Position numbers and translations under genes: made by a program. A stretch of DNA of 64,000 nucleotides from the NCBI GenBank assembly GCA_934130375.1, contig CAKOXW010000001.1, forward strand, positions 328,067 through 392,066, written 5' to 3'. This document shows, piece after piece, positions 38,181 to 48,116 of this stretch. Numbering within the stretch: position 1 is the stretch's first letter; each line of letters starts with the position of its first letter. Source of the DNA: an uncultured Bacilli bacterium (GTDB taxonomy: Bacteria > Bacillota_I > Bacilli_A > RF39 > UBA660). The notes below the pieces were generated by a model. The model saw only the letters and a program-made list of their open reading frames with translations, was not told where the DNA came from and did no database searches.

Positions 38181-39480
38181 TTAATTTCTTTAAATGTAAG
38201 TCTAATTCGTCAAAAGTTTCTCCAGATTGTTCAACTCTTTTAACATTACATCTATTTAAAAAATCAGGATTAGTATAAGTTACATTAAATAGTTCATTTA
38301 AAAAACGTTTGTTTTCAATAACACAATTATCAGTCATAATATTATCATAACCTAAGTATGATACAATATCTGGTTCATCATTTATTGTAATTGACTTTGC
38401 ATTCGCATTGTATTTTGGAAGAAGTATTGTATTCAATTTTACAATACTATGAACACAAACATTAAACTTCTTGCTAACATCATCATTATTTAGATAAACT
38501 TTTTCTTTATCACCATCTCTTGCTATTTTACAGTCTGAAATATCAAACACTTTTTCTGCATCATCTAATATTATTCCCATTGAAAAAGGAATACCAACAA
38601 CTACCACATGATCATCTTCTTGTTTTAATGCAAGTCTATCATTTGCTACATAATCATATCCACGAGATAAAAGATTTAGTAATGTAACTGTTTTACCTGC
38701 ACGTTTATTTCCACTAATTACAAAACCTTCACCATTTCTGCTTGCACATGCACCATGAAGTATTACATAACCTTTCTGCTGCAATGTTTTTGTTAATATT
38801 GAAGTAAACATTCTTTTAGCAAAATCCTTATCTTTTTCATCATACCTAGACATATAAATATTTATATTATCTTCAATTTTGTCAACATAACTAAACTCAA
38901 TCTGATTGCTTTCTTTTATTGGATAGTCTGTTTTTCTTTTAGACCCAACAATATAATTTATTGCAATATCCTCTTTGTCATTTGTTTCTTCATAGTAAGA
39001 CCCAAAAAGTTTAATAAGATTAATTACCACATTTGGATTATTTGACCTTACTTTTACATTAGTGTCATTCACTTTGAAAGTATGCTCTACAATGTTATTT
39101 ATATTTCTATCGTCATTACATATTTTGTTTAATTCAAAAAAGTCATGTTCAAGAAATTCCTTAGGTCTTATACTTCTATCATCAATGTAAAAGCCCTCTT
39201 TGCCTGGCCATTGTTTTCCACACACAATCTCATCAAATGGTATATTCCATTCTTTTAACCATAATTCTAATTCAGGTTTTGTAAATTTATTTATCAAATC
39301 CAAATTACAATTATAAGTATTCATGTTTCTAGATGTAAACAATACAATTTTAAATCCTTTCTCTTGATATTCTTTTAATTTTTCAATCATTTTTTTATAA
39401 GGAATCAAATCCTTATAATTTTCATTTGTCTTTTTGATTGGACACAATGTCCCATCAATATCGACAATGATACTTTTCAT
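38134..39480 (-). CDS. HAD-like hydrolase fused to an HprK/P-like P-loop kinase domain
   Basis: N-terminal VDIDGTL with FTSRN motif II. C-terminal ILHGACASRNGEGFVISGNKRAGKT resembles the HPr kinase C-domain P-loop. Start chosen at MKSIIVDIDG (ATG 39480, RBS GGAGGTGA with a 7-nt spacer). The ORF track extends to a TTG at 39522. Confidence 0.55.
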   Translation of the reverse strand: MKSIIVDIDGTLCPIKKTNENYKDLIPYKKMIEKLKEYQEKGFKIVLFTSRNMNTYNCNLDLINKFTKPELELWLKEWNIPFDEIVCGKQWPGKEGFYIDDRSIRPKEFLEHDFFELNKICNDDRNINNIVEHTFKVNDTNVKVRSNNPNVVINLIKLFGSYYEETNDKEDIAINYIVGSKRKTDYPIKESNQIEFSYVDKIEDNINIYMSRYDEKDKDFAKRMFTSILTKTLQQKGYVILHGACASRNGEGFVISGNKRAGKTVTLLNLLSRGYDYVANDRLALKQEDDHVVVVGIPFSMGIILDDAEKVFDISDCKIARDGDKEKVYLNNDDVSKKFNVCVHSIVKLNTILLPKYNANAKSITINDEPDIVSYLGYDNIMTDNCVIENKRFLNELFNVTYTNPDFLNRCNVKRVEQSGETFDELDLHLKKLSGEKSNVLRFTRTFH

Positions 39481-39886
39481 CAAATCACCTCCACACAATT
39501 CAATCATAAAGGCAATTTTCAAAATAGTAAACTAACAATTTTTTATAATGATTTTTACTATTTTTTTTAATAATTTAAATTTATATTATGTAAATTATTT
39601 ATTATTAATTTTATTTTTTTTAAATAATAGAAAGTAGTTTTTGTATAATCTCAATTTATATAAGTATATCTTTTTTATTGAACAAAAAACGATTTTTTCA
39701 TAATAAAAAGCAATTTTTTACGTTTATCTTTATGATTAATTGAAGTTATATAACTTAAAGATTTTTTTAATATAATTTAAACACATAAATATATAGATAT
39801 AATTCATATTAAAAAATTATAATATTTAAAACTTTATACATTAAAAACAATATTTTTGCATAAAAAAAAGTACAACAAGTGCACTT

Positions 39887-40426
39887 TTAATAATTATTTG
39901 CTTTTCTCTCAAAGAAACTTTTTGGGTGTTTACATATTGGACATACTTCTGGTGCTTTCTTACCAATTACAACATGTCCACAATTTCTACAAATCCAAAT
40001 AGTATCACCATCATTTGAGAATACTAAATCATTTTCTATATTACTAATTAACTTTCTATATCTTTCTTCATGTTCTTTTTCTATTTTAGCAACACCTTCA
40101 AATAGATAAGCAATTCTATCAAAACCTTCTTCTTTTGCAGTCTTTGCAAATTCAGCATACATATCAGTCCATTCGTATGCTTCTCCATTAGCTGCTTCTT
40201 CTAAGTTGTTTAATGTATCTGGTATTTCACCACCACATAATTCCTTAAACCATAACTTAGCATGTTCCTTTTCATTATTTGCAGTTTCTTCAAATATTGC
40301 TGCAATTTGCTCATAACCATCTTTTCTTGCTTTTGATGCGAAATAAGTATATTTATTTCTTGCTTGTGACTCACCCGCAAAAGCCGCTAATAAATTAGTC
40401 TCAGTTTTACTTCCTTTTAATTCCAT
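39887..40426 (-). CDS. rbr: Rubrerythrin
   Basis: Ferritin-like diiron E..H motifs plus C-terminal rubredoxin CRNCG...CPICKHP. Confidence 0.9.
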   Translation of the reverse strand: MELKGSKTETNLLAAFAGESQARNKYTYFASKARKDGYEQIAAIFEETANNEKEHAKLWFKELCGGEIPDTLNNLEEAANGEAYEWTDMYAEFAKTAKEEGFDRIAYLFEGVAKIEKEHEERYRKLISNIENDLVFSNDGDTIWICRNCGHVVIGKKAPEVCPICKHPKSFFERKANNY

Positions 40427-40485
40427 AATTTATACCTCCTTAATAATTATTTTATCATATTTATTATGTATATGTGAATAATTTT

Positions 40486-41514
40486 TTACTTAATGCCTAA
40501 TTCTTTATTTTTTCTAATAATTTCCTTAGCCTTCTTAATATTTTCTCTAGTATAACCTATTAAAGAATTGTTGCATTTATCAGTAAGAGTATTAATAATC
40601 TCTTCATATTCCATCTTTGATTTCTTTGTAAATGCATCATTTAACGCAATATGATTTTGCTTACCATATTTATCTACAACCATTATTGATTTTATAGTTT
40701 TTATTCCATATACTCTACTATTAAATTCATAAATCCATATTACATCTTTATAATCTATATATGAAAACTTCATACCAAAATTTATTATATAATTCTTAGT
40801 TAAACATACACATGAATTATCATAGTAAAATGCTTCTTCATCATTCATTTCTTGTTCTAATTTACTTATTATATTACTATCTAATTTTTTAATTCCTGAT
40901 TTATAATTTATCTTTCTAACTATAGTTATAATAAATAATATAATACCAAAGATTAAAGCACCAAAACCAATTATAAAGAATATTAACCCTCCACCTGATA
41001 AATCTTTAGTTGTATCTAAATATACTGTACCAAAATAATTTTCAAAATCTGCAATAGTTAATTTTTCTTCATCACTAAGTTCAAACATTTCATTATAAGT
41101 ATCTATTGCTAGTTCTTTAACATCTTTAGATACTAGTGCAGTAATTCCTTCTACTTTAATAAAATCATCTTTCTTTTCTTCATTATATATCTCTTTATAC
41201 TTATCTATAGTCATATACATTATATATAAATACTCACCATCAGTTGTAAAATAATAAGCATCAGTCGTATCATCATATACAGCAAATTTAAATAAATTTC
41301 TCTTTATATTTATTTTAGAATACAATTCATCCTTAGCGGTAATACTTTTATCTTGTATAATTGTCTTTAAATCTTTTTCATTTTTCTTATCTTTTTCATC
41401 AAACAAAAAACTAACATAAAAAGATATAAATGCCGCAACAATAATAAATACACTTATCAATATTTCTTTAGACATTTTTCTTTCAGCATTAATTATTTTT
41501 TCATTTGTAAACAT
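40486..41514 (-). CDS. Hypothetical membrane protein (two TM helices)
   Basis: ORF with TM helices near residues 20-40 and 180-200. No motif. Confidence 0.4.
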   Translation of the reverse strand: MFTNEKIINAERKMSKEILISVFIIVAAFISFYVSFLFDEKDKKNEKDLKTIIQDKSITAKDELYSKINIKRNLFKFAVYDDTTDAYYFTTDGEYLYIMYMTIDKYKEIYNEEKKDDFIKVEGITALVSKDVKELAIDTYNEMFELSDEEKLTIADFENYFGTVYLDTTKDLSGGGLIFFIIGFGALIFGIILFIITIVRKINYKSGIKKLDSNIISKLEQEMNDEEAFYYDNSCVCLTKNYIINFGMKFSYIDYKDVIWIYEFNSRVYGIKTIKSIMVVDKYGKQNHIALNDAFTKKSKMEYEEIINTLTDKCNNSLIGYTRENIKKAKEIIRKNKELGIK

Positions 41515-41529
41515 TATTACTACACCTCT

Positions 41530-42228
41530 TTACTTATTTTTCTCTAATTTACTATTTATTCTATTTCTAAGTTCTATCAAATATTCTTTTCTACCCTTAA
41601 AATTAGGGAAAGCCTTAATAAGTCTTTTGTACAAGAAATTTTTATTTAAGAACTCTTCTTTAACTAACTCTGATATTTGTTCAGTAGAATCTTTTTCATG
41701 CAATTTAATACTACTTCTAAATTTATATATAATTTTAAATGAAATAATATTATCTGCTATATATATTGCACTTAGTATTACCGCTAAGATATATGTTAAA
41801 TCTGGTGATAACTTAGCAAGTAAATTTACAAATACTGGATTAACAACATATATAATAAGCATACCTAGTAATCCAAAAGGTATCATAGTTTCTAAACATA
41901 TTCTTCCATTAATATTAAATTTTCTTCTTGAATAATCCCACCATCTTGCTTTAAAAACTTTCTCCATTATGTAACTTGTAAAATATTCAAGTGTTGAACA
42001 AATTACTATTGACATTGTAAATAGAAGAAGTGGATCGGATTGATATTTACTTAACAAAAGTATCATTAATATCGCACCATGACCATATATTGGACAGTAT
42101 GGCCCGATTAAAAATCCTCTATTTATAAACTTATGCTTTTCAATTAATTTGCAAGTAACTTCAAGTAACCATCCCATTATTGAATAAAGCATAAATAATA
42201 AAAATAATGTATCATAACTATAACTCAT
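41530..42228 (-). CDS. Polytopic membrane protein, DUF1113 (putative ABC-transporter type IV-like) family
   Basis: GWLLEV...GPYCPIYGHG...STLEYFTSYIMEKVFKARWWDYS pattern. Confidence 0.5.
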   Translation of the reverse strand: MSYSYDTLFLLFMLYSIMGWLLEVTCKLIEKHKFINRGFLIGPYCPIYGHGAILMILLLSKYQSDPLLLFTMSIVICSTLEYFTSYIMEKVFKARWWDYSRRKFNINGRICLETMIPFGLLGMLIIYVVNPVFVNLLAKLSPDLTYILAVILSAIYIADNIISFKIIYKFRSSIKLHEKDSTEQISELVKEEFLNKNFLYKRLIKAFPNFKGRKEYLIELRNRINSKLEKNK

Positions 42229-42818
42229 AATGTACTCCCTATAATATTAACTGCATTATCTAATAATTTATCTAAATATTCATCACTATAATAATTATAA
42301 CTAGACAATACCTTGTCCTTCTTATTTAAGTAATTAATTACATTTATAACATCTTGATTGTTTATATTAATCTCCCTAATAACCTTAGATTTTTCTACTA
42401 AATCATCTACATTCTTAATATCTATAATATTATCACCAAAATTATTATTAAAAAGTTTAAAATCATTTTGTTTTAGAATTCTTAACTTTTCTTTATTTTC
42501 ACTTGTATGCACTTCTTTACTATAAAAATCATTATTAAATATATAATCAGTATACAAATGAGTATAATAACCAAGCACTACTTTATTATTCATAAAGTCT
42601 TTATACTCATCATAAAAATCACTATAACCCTTATAAGTATCTTTATTAAAATGAGTAATATTATGTGATATTTTATTTGATATATCAGTTACTATAAAAG
42701 CATTATTAATATCAGGCAATATATTACCAAATAAAAATTCTATGTATTCATTATCTTTTAATTTTAACTTACTATTTAATCTTTTAGCAACTTCTAGATG
42801 TGTTTTCCAATTAGGCAT
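42225..42818 (-). CDS. Hypothetical protein (197 aa)
   Basis: ORF overlapping the upstream gene by 4 nt. No assignable motif. Confidence 0.35.
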   Translation of the reverse strand: MPNWKTHLEVAKRLNSKLKLKDNEYIEFLFGNILPDINNAFIVTDISNKISHNITHFNKDTYKGYSDFYDEYKDFMNNKVVLGYYTHLYTDYIFNNDFYSKEVHTSENKEKLRILKQNDFKLFNNNFGDNIIDIKNVDDLVEKSKVIREININNQDVINVINYLNKKDKVLSSYNYYSDEYLDKLLDNAVNIIGSTL

Positions 42819-42872
42819 AATATCATCCTTTCAAATAATATTATACATTAAAATATTAATAAAAAAAAGATG

Positions 42873-43664
42873 TTATTCAACATTAACACCTTTCTCTAAT
42901 TCTTTTCTTGAAGAATAACTAATACCAATAATTATTAATATATATACAAACATCAATATAAATATTAATGGCTTAATAATAGTTAAATTACTTATACTAT
43001 TTGATTTAAATATAGACATAACATCACTATTAAATAATCCAACTATAAATATAGATAATACTACTAACAATTGACTAATTATATATACTATAAAACCAAA
43101 TAATACTGAATACCCTACCTTGTTATTACTTTTTCTAAAGCCAAATATTATTCCAAGATAACCGGATACTAAACCAGCAAATATTTCTAAAAATAACATT
43201 ATTATTATAAGCACTATAAATACATTTGAATTTATATTTATAGATACTAAAAGAGTATCAAGCATATTAATTATATTAGTGTAATTTTCTTTTGTATAAA
43301 AAGCAATTAGTAATGATACTACTATTACTACAAATGTTATAAACATATTTATAAAACCAAGTAAGGATTTTGATAAATATATTTCTTTTTTAGTAACTGG
43401 TAATGTATGTGTTAAATAAGACTCGTCTCCATACAAAGTTTGTTTAAATCTAACCCAGTTACGCATAAGTGTATTTATAAGTGAACTTGCAAGCATAGAA
43501 AACATAAATCCCATACATACTTGTCTTATAATTTCTATAATTATAGTATTTGTTAAACTACCAAATATACGAGTTAATACCGCACCAATAAATGATAAAA
43601 TATAGAAAACTGATATTGACTTTAATAAATCTTTTAAATCATATTTTAATAACTTCCCTAGCAT
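42873..43664 (-). CDS. ABC-2 type transporter permease
   Basis: Six TM helices. Overlaps the ATPase by 7 nt. Confidence 0.6.
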   Translation of the reverse strand: MLGKLLKYDLKDLLKSISVFYILSFIGAVLTRIFGSLTNTIIIEIIRQVCMGFMFSMLASSLINTLMRNWVRFKQTLYGDESYLTHTLPVTKKEIYLSKSLLGFINMFITFVVIVVSLLIAFYTKENYTNIINMLDTLLVSININSNVFIVLIIIMLFLEIFAGLVSGYLGIIFGFRKSNNKVGYSVLFGFIVYIISQLLVVLSIFIVGLFNSDVMSIFKSNSISNLTIIKPLIFILMFVYILIIIGISYSSRKELEKGVNVE

Positions 43665-44359
43665 TTAAACATCCTCCTAAATACAAAATCAATAGATGCA
43701 TTTTCCTCTTCTCTTATCTTATCCGCATCACCTTGTAGTATTATTTTTCCATTATCAATTATTACTACTTCATCAAGTATTCTTTCGATATCAGATATTA
43801 AATGTGTTGAAATTAGTACACTCGCACCATCATTAAAATTAGTCAATATAGTATCTAATATATAATCTCTTGTTGCAGGGTCTACTCCACCTAATGGTTC
43901 ATCTAAAATATATAAATCTGCATTTCTTGACATAACTAATACAAGTTGTACTTTTTCCTGCATACCTTTACTCATTTTAGATAATTTTTGATTAATATCA
44001 AGATTTAAATCATTAAGTAATTTTATTGCTTTTTCTTTATCAAAATCAAAATAAAAATCAGAAAAATAATTAATTACTTCAATAACTTTCATACTCTTAT
44101 TTAAATAAGTTCTCTCAGGTAAATAAGATATTACTTTCTTAGTTTCAACGCCTACCTCGCAACCATTTACCAAAATCGTACCACTATCTTTTACTAATAA
44201 ATCATTAATTAACTTAATTAAAGTAGTTTTACCCGTACCATTTTGACCAAGTAATCCAACTATCTTACCCTTCTTAATTTTTAAATTAATATCATTTAAC
44301 ACAACCTTGTTGTCGTAACTTTTATATAAGTTTTTAATTTCAAGAAGCATTCTTACCAT
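43658..44359 (-). CDS. ABC transporter ATP-binding protein
   Basis: Walker A GQNGTGKTT, signature MSKGMQEK, Walker B ILDEP. Confidence 0.85.
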   Translation of the reverse strand: MVRMLLEIKNLYKSYDNKVVLNDINLKIKKGKIVGLLGQNGTGKTTLIKLINDLLVKDSGTILVNGCEVGVETKKVISYLPERTYLNKSMKVIEVINYFSDFYFDFDKEKAIKLLNDLNLDINQKLSKMSKGMQEKVQLVLVMSRNADLYILDEPLGGVDPATRDYILDTILTNFNDGASVLISTHLISDIERILDEVVIIDNGKIILQGDADKIREEENASIDFVFRRMFKC

Positions 44360-44708
44360 CCTTTCCTAGGTAACATATCGCATCCTCCTTAGAAATACCA
44401 ATTTTACTCATAGATAAAAAATAATCATCTATAATTTTTTGTGCGCACTCTTTTTTCAAATTATCAATAATTTTTTTATCTTCCGTAACATATTTTCCAT
44501 TAGTTCTCTCAGTATATATTAGTTTGATATTTTCAAGTTCACCTAATGCCTTCTGCATTGTATTAGGATTTACTTTAAATAAGGACGCTAAATCACGAAC
44601 TGATGGCAATCTCTCTCCACTTTTAAATTCACCACGGATTATATAAGTTTTTAAATAATCAACTATTTGAACATAAATTGGAATATTATTATCAAAATTA
44701 GTATTCAT
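44340..44708 (-). CDS. GntR family (YtrA-like) transcriptional regulator
   Basis: wHTH LPSVRDLASLFKVNPNTMQKALGELE. Short C-terminus. Confidence 0.8.
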   Translation of the reverse strand: MNTNFDNNIPIYVQIVDYLKTYIIRGEFKSGERLPSVRDLASLFKVNPNTMQKALGELENIKLIYTERTNGKYVTEDKKIIDNLKKECAQKIIDDYFLSMSKIGISKEDAICYLGKDGKNAS

Positions 44709-44721
44709 ATGTCACCTCCAA

Positions 44722-44743
44722 TTGTATTACTTAACTAATACAA
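44722..44743. promoter_or_regulatory. 8-6-8 perfect palindrome TTGTATTA-CTTAAC-TAATACAA just upstream of the GntR RBS; likely operator
   Basis: Inverted repeat 14 bp upstream of the start codon. A second short palindrome CAATAATATTG follows. Confidence 0.45.
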
Positions 44744-44800
44744 TAATATTGTATACTTATTTAAAAAAAGTGTCAATAGTAAAAATAGAACATCAAAGTT

Positions 44801-45172
44801 CTATCTTAAAAAATCCTTCTTTTCAATTCTTTTTTGTTTTCTTTTACATTTAACCTTAGTTTGATATTCATAATGTCCTTCAGGCATAACTGCATAATAC
44901 CTCTTCAAACCTTTGTAAATTTTTTGTGATGCATCAAGTGATTGTTCAAAACTTTCAAAAGAAAATTTTAACTCCAAATCACCTATTTCATCATTCATAT
45001 AAGAATTATAAACACCCTCATCATAATACACACCTACTGCACTTGGTTTGCTAGAATAAGCAGGTTTACGATTATAATTAGTAACATTAAATAAATTCTC
45101 ATCAATTAATGGACTATAATCCTCACCATTAAAATATATTTCCATACCATTCCCTCCAATTTTATTATACAA
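44801..45172 (-). CDS. Hypothetical protein (123 aa)
   Basis: ORF only. Confidence 0.3.
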   Translation of the reverse strand: MYNKIGGNGMEIYFNGEDYSPLIDENLFNVTNYNRKPAYSSKPSAVGVYYDEGVYNSYMNDEIGDLELKFSFESFEQSLDASQKIYKGLKRYYAVMPEGHYEYQTKVKCKRKQKRIEKKDFLR

Positions 45173-45222
45173 GAAAAAAAGATAAAAATCTATCTTTTTA
45201 ACAATCTAAATTAAAATATCAA

Positions 45223-46340
45223 TTATTCACAAGCATTAACAACAACATTACTTGGAAAACTATAATTACCATCTTCCATAATTGGATTACCTCTAAACGC
45301 ATTACAACCAAGCGTTATTGGTGTATCAGGAAATGTAATTGAAGTTATTTGATTATTTTCAAAAGCATTGATACCTATTTCGGTAATACTTGATGGTATT
45401 GTAATATTTGTTAATTCATTACCAAAAAACGCATTTCTATATATACTTGTTACTGTATTAGGTATCACTACCGAAGTTATTCCTAAACCCGAAATCGATA
45501 TGGAAAGTGGTTTAACCACGTAATTATTAGAATTATAACTTAATAAACTTACTTTATAATCATTATTATAAGCAGTAAGTGTTGGTATAATACCTCCTGT
45601 TGTAAATGCATTATCTCCAATAGTAACAACTGTCTTACCATCTACTTGTGATGGTATTACTACATCAGTTCCTCCAGCAATATTATAACCTGTTATTTTT
45701 ATACCTTCTGTTGCATCTACTTTTAATCCTATAGTTTCATAACTATAATCCTCTAGAGTTGAAACTTCAAGTGCTAAATCGTTAACAGTAAGAGTCTTAT
45801 TATTTATTGTTAGTGAACCCGTTGTACAAAAAGTATTGGCTTGTGCTTCAGTACAACCAACTGGATTTTGCATAAACGTTTTACATTTGTCTATATCTAC
45901 AATTTCAGCACTATGAATTATTGGTGTATCTTCATAACTAAAATACTTAGTAGCAGTTTCAGCAATTTCTTTCTTAGCACTTGCTTTGGCACTATCCTTA
46001 GTGCCATCTACTACTTGTAAACCTTCAAACTTACCTTTACCTACTATTGATACTTTTGCATTTCCCTTATCATCAAAAGTAATATTACAACTTTCATAAT
46101 CATTTGAATTTATCTTAGCAACATCACTACATTTTATTGTACTACTACCATCTAATACTTGATTTTCAGTATATTTCTTTTCAGCCTGACTTGCTATTAA
46201 CTTTGCAGTTGTTTCTAATGATGCCTCCTTAGAATTTTTAATTACATCACTTATTTTTGGCATTGCAATAATTAGTATAACTGCCAAAATAACTATTACT
46301 GCTAATAATTCTACTAAAGTAAAACCCTTCTTTTTCTTCA
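45223..46340 (-). CDS. Type IV pilin-like protein fused to BspA-type leucine-rich repeats (copy A)
   Basis: Start at MKKKKG/FTLVELLAVIVILAVILIIAMP (ATG 46340, RBS AGGAGGAG). C-terminal LRRs (TSVVIPNTVTSI..., ITIPSSITEIG..., ITSITFPDTPITLG). The ORF track's upstream start is unlikely. Confidence 0.7.
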
Positions 46341-46378
46341 TAATCTCCTCCTTATTATACAAGGTTATTATACTATAC

Positions 46379-46388
46379 ACCCCCCCCC
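46379..46388 (-). repeat. Homopolymeric tract (C10 on plus, G10 on the coding strand) in the promoter spacer of pilin-LRR copy A
   Basis: It lies between the -35-like TTGTCA (complement of 46392-46397) and TAGTAT/TATAAT -10-like elements, about 45 nt upstream of the RBS. Confidence 0.7.
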
Positions 46389-46786
46389 ATTTGACAATGG
46401 GCGAGGGCGTTTTTTAGGCCTATTTTTGACATATTTTTACACAAAATTTGATATTTTATACTAAAACGACCACTTTTTAACTAATTATTACGGGATTTTA
46501 CATGTATTCAAAATAATACTAAAATCCCGTATGTGATTGAAAATATAATTAAAATAGTTATTATGAATATGTGAAGAAAGTCTTAATAAAATATAAAAGA
46601 AACACTTAACCAGTAATTAGGTGTTGCTTTACAACAAAACTAATCCTTATGATTAGACATTTTTTATATTCTACTAAAGATAGTGAACTATAAATAATAG
46701 AAGAGTAAGCACTAATAGAAGAATTGTAAAATCCTTCACCATGCACATACCTCATTTCATTTTTATAAGAAGTAGGCAATCAATAA

Positions 46787-48058
46787 TTAACATGATTCAC
46801 CAATAACATTATTAGGAAAACTATAACTATCATCATTTATAATTGGATTATCTCTAAATGCATCACAACCAAGCATTATTGGTGTATCAGGAAATGTGAT
46901 TGAAGTTATTTGATTATTTCTAAATGCATAAGCACCTATCGAAATAACACTATTTGGAATTGTTACACTTGTTAATTGATTGCCACTAAAAGCATAGTCA
47001 CCTATTTTGGTAATACTTGATGGGATTTCCACATTTGTTAATTTGTTACCATAAAATGAATTTTCACCTATACTTGTTAAAGTACTTGGCATTACTACTG
47101 AAGTAATTCCTAGACCATCACCTGTATTACTATCATAAAATGCCTTATCTCCAATAGCAACAACTGCCTTACCATCTATTTGTGACGGTATTACTACATC
47201 TGTTCCTCCACCATTTTCGTATGTTATCTTCAATCCGGCATTCTCATAGTCACTTGATGGTATATCTCCTGAGATAACATCTTTTTGAATTGTATATCCA
47301 TCAACCTCACCTCTACTGCAATAATTATTTGATTGTTCCTCATCATAAGAAAAATTTGTTTGAACATAATTTTTGCACTTATTTTCATCTACTACTTCAA
47401 CATTACATATTGTTCCAATTTCAAATCCTGTTATTGAAATACCATCTATTGTTTCTACTTTTAATCCTGCTGTTTCATAGTCACTTGATTGTATTAAATT
47501 AAGTGATACTGTATCTTGTAAACTCGAACCATTAACTGCTTGATCAGTTGTACATAATGTTGTTACTTGTTCTTCGGTTAATTTAAATTTAGATTGAATA
47601 TAACTTGTACATTTAGCAGTGTCTTCGACAATAACATTAGATACTACAGGTATGTCTACATAACTAAAATACTTAGCCTCAGTTGAGCAATCACTAGTTA
47701 TAGATGCACTATTCTTACTTGCATTACATACAGCCATACCTTCAAACTTACCCTTTCCTACTATTGATACTTTTGCATTTCCCTTATCATCAAAAGTAAT
47801 ATTACAACTTTCATAATCATTTAAACTTATCTTAGCAACATCACTACATTTTATTGTACTACTACCATCTAATACTTGATTTTCAGTATATTTCTTTTCT
47901 GCTTGACTTGCTATTAACTTTGCAGTTGTTTCTAATGATGCTTCCTTAGAATTCTTAATTACATCACTTATCTTAGGCATTGCAATAATTAGTATAACAG
48001 CCAAAATAACTATTACTGCTAATAATTCAACTAAAGTAAAACCTCTCTTTTCCTTCAT
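46787..48058 (-). CDS. Type IV pilin-like protein fused to BspA-type leucine-rich repeats (copy B)
   Basis: The N-terminal 110 aa are about 95% identical to copy A. The central region is divergent and Cys-containing. LRR C-terminus. RBS GAGGAGGAA. Confidence 0.7.
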   Translation of the reverse strand: MKEKRGFTLVELLAVIVILAVILIIAMPKISDVIKNSKEASLETTAKLIASQAEKKYTENQVLDGSSTIKCSDVAKISLNDYESCNITFDDKGNAKVSIVGKGKFEGMAVCNASKNSASITSDCSTEAKYFSYVDIPVVSNVIVEDTAKCTSYIQSKFKLTEEQVTTLCTTDQAVNGSSLQDTVSLNLIQSSDYETAGLKVETIDGISITGFEIGTICNVEVVDENKCKNYVQTNFSYDEEQSNNYCSRGEVDGYTIQKDVISGDIPSSDYENAGLKITYENGGGTDVVIPSQIDGKAVVAIGDKAFYDSNTGDGLGITSVVMPSTLTSIGENSFYGNKLTNVEIPSSITKIGDYAFSGNQLTSVTIPNSVISIGAYAFRNNQITSITFPDTPIMLGCDAFRDNPIINDDSYSFPNNVIGESC

Positions 48059-48107
48059 AATTTCCTCCTCTATTATACAAGGTTATTATACTATACACCC
48101 CCCCCCA

Positions 48108-48116
48108 TTTGGCAAT
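48108..48116 (-). repeat. Homopolymeric tract (C9 on plus, G9 on the coding strand) in the promoter spacer of pilin-LRR copy B
   Basis: Same promoter context as copy A. The -35-like hexamer is TTGCCA here. Confidence 0.7.

Noticed and set aside
39861-39890. Weak hairpin and U-run after rubrerythrin
   Set aside because: The stem is imperfect with a large loop. It is a plausible terminator but too weak to list as a feature with confidence.
46379-46388. Possibility that the poly-C runs are sequencing or assembly artefacts
   Set aside because: Two independent tracts occur at homologous promoter positions with different lengths and conserved flanks. That favours real homopolymers, although the read-level length should be verified.
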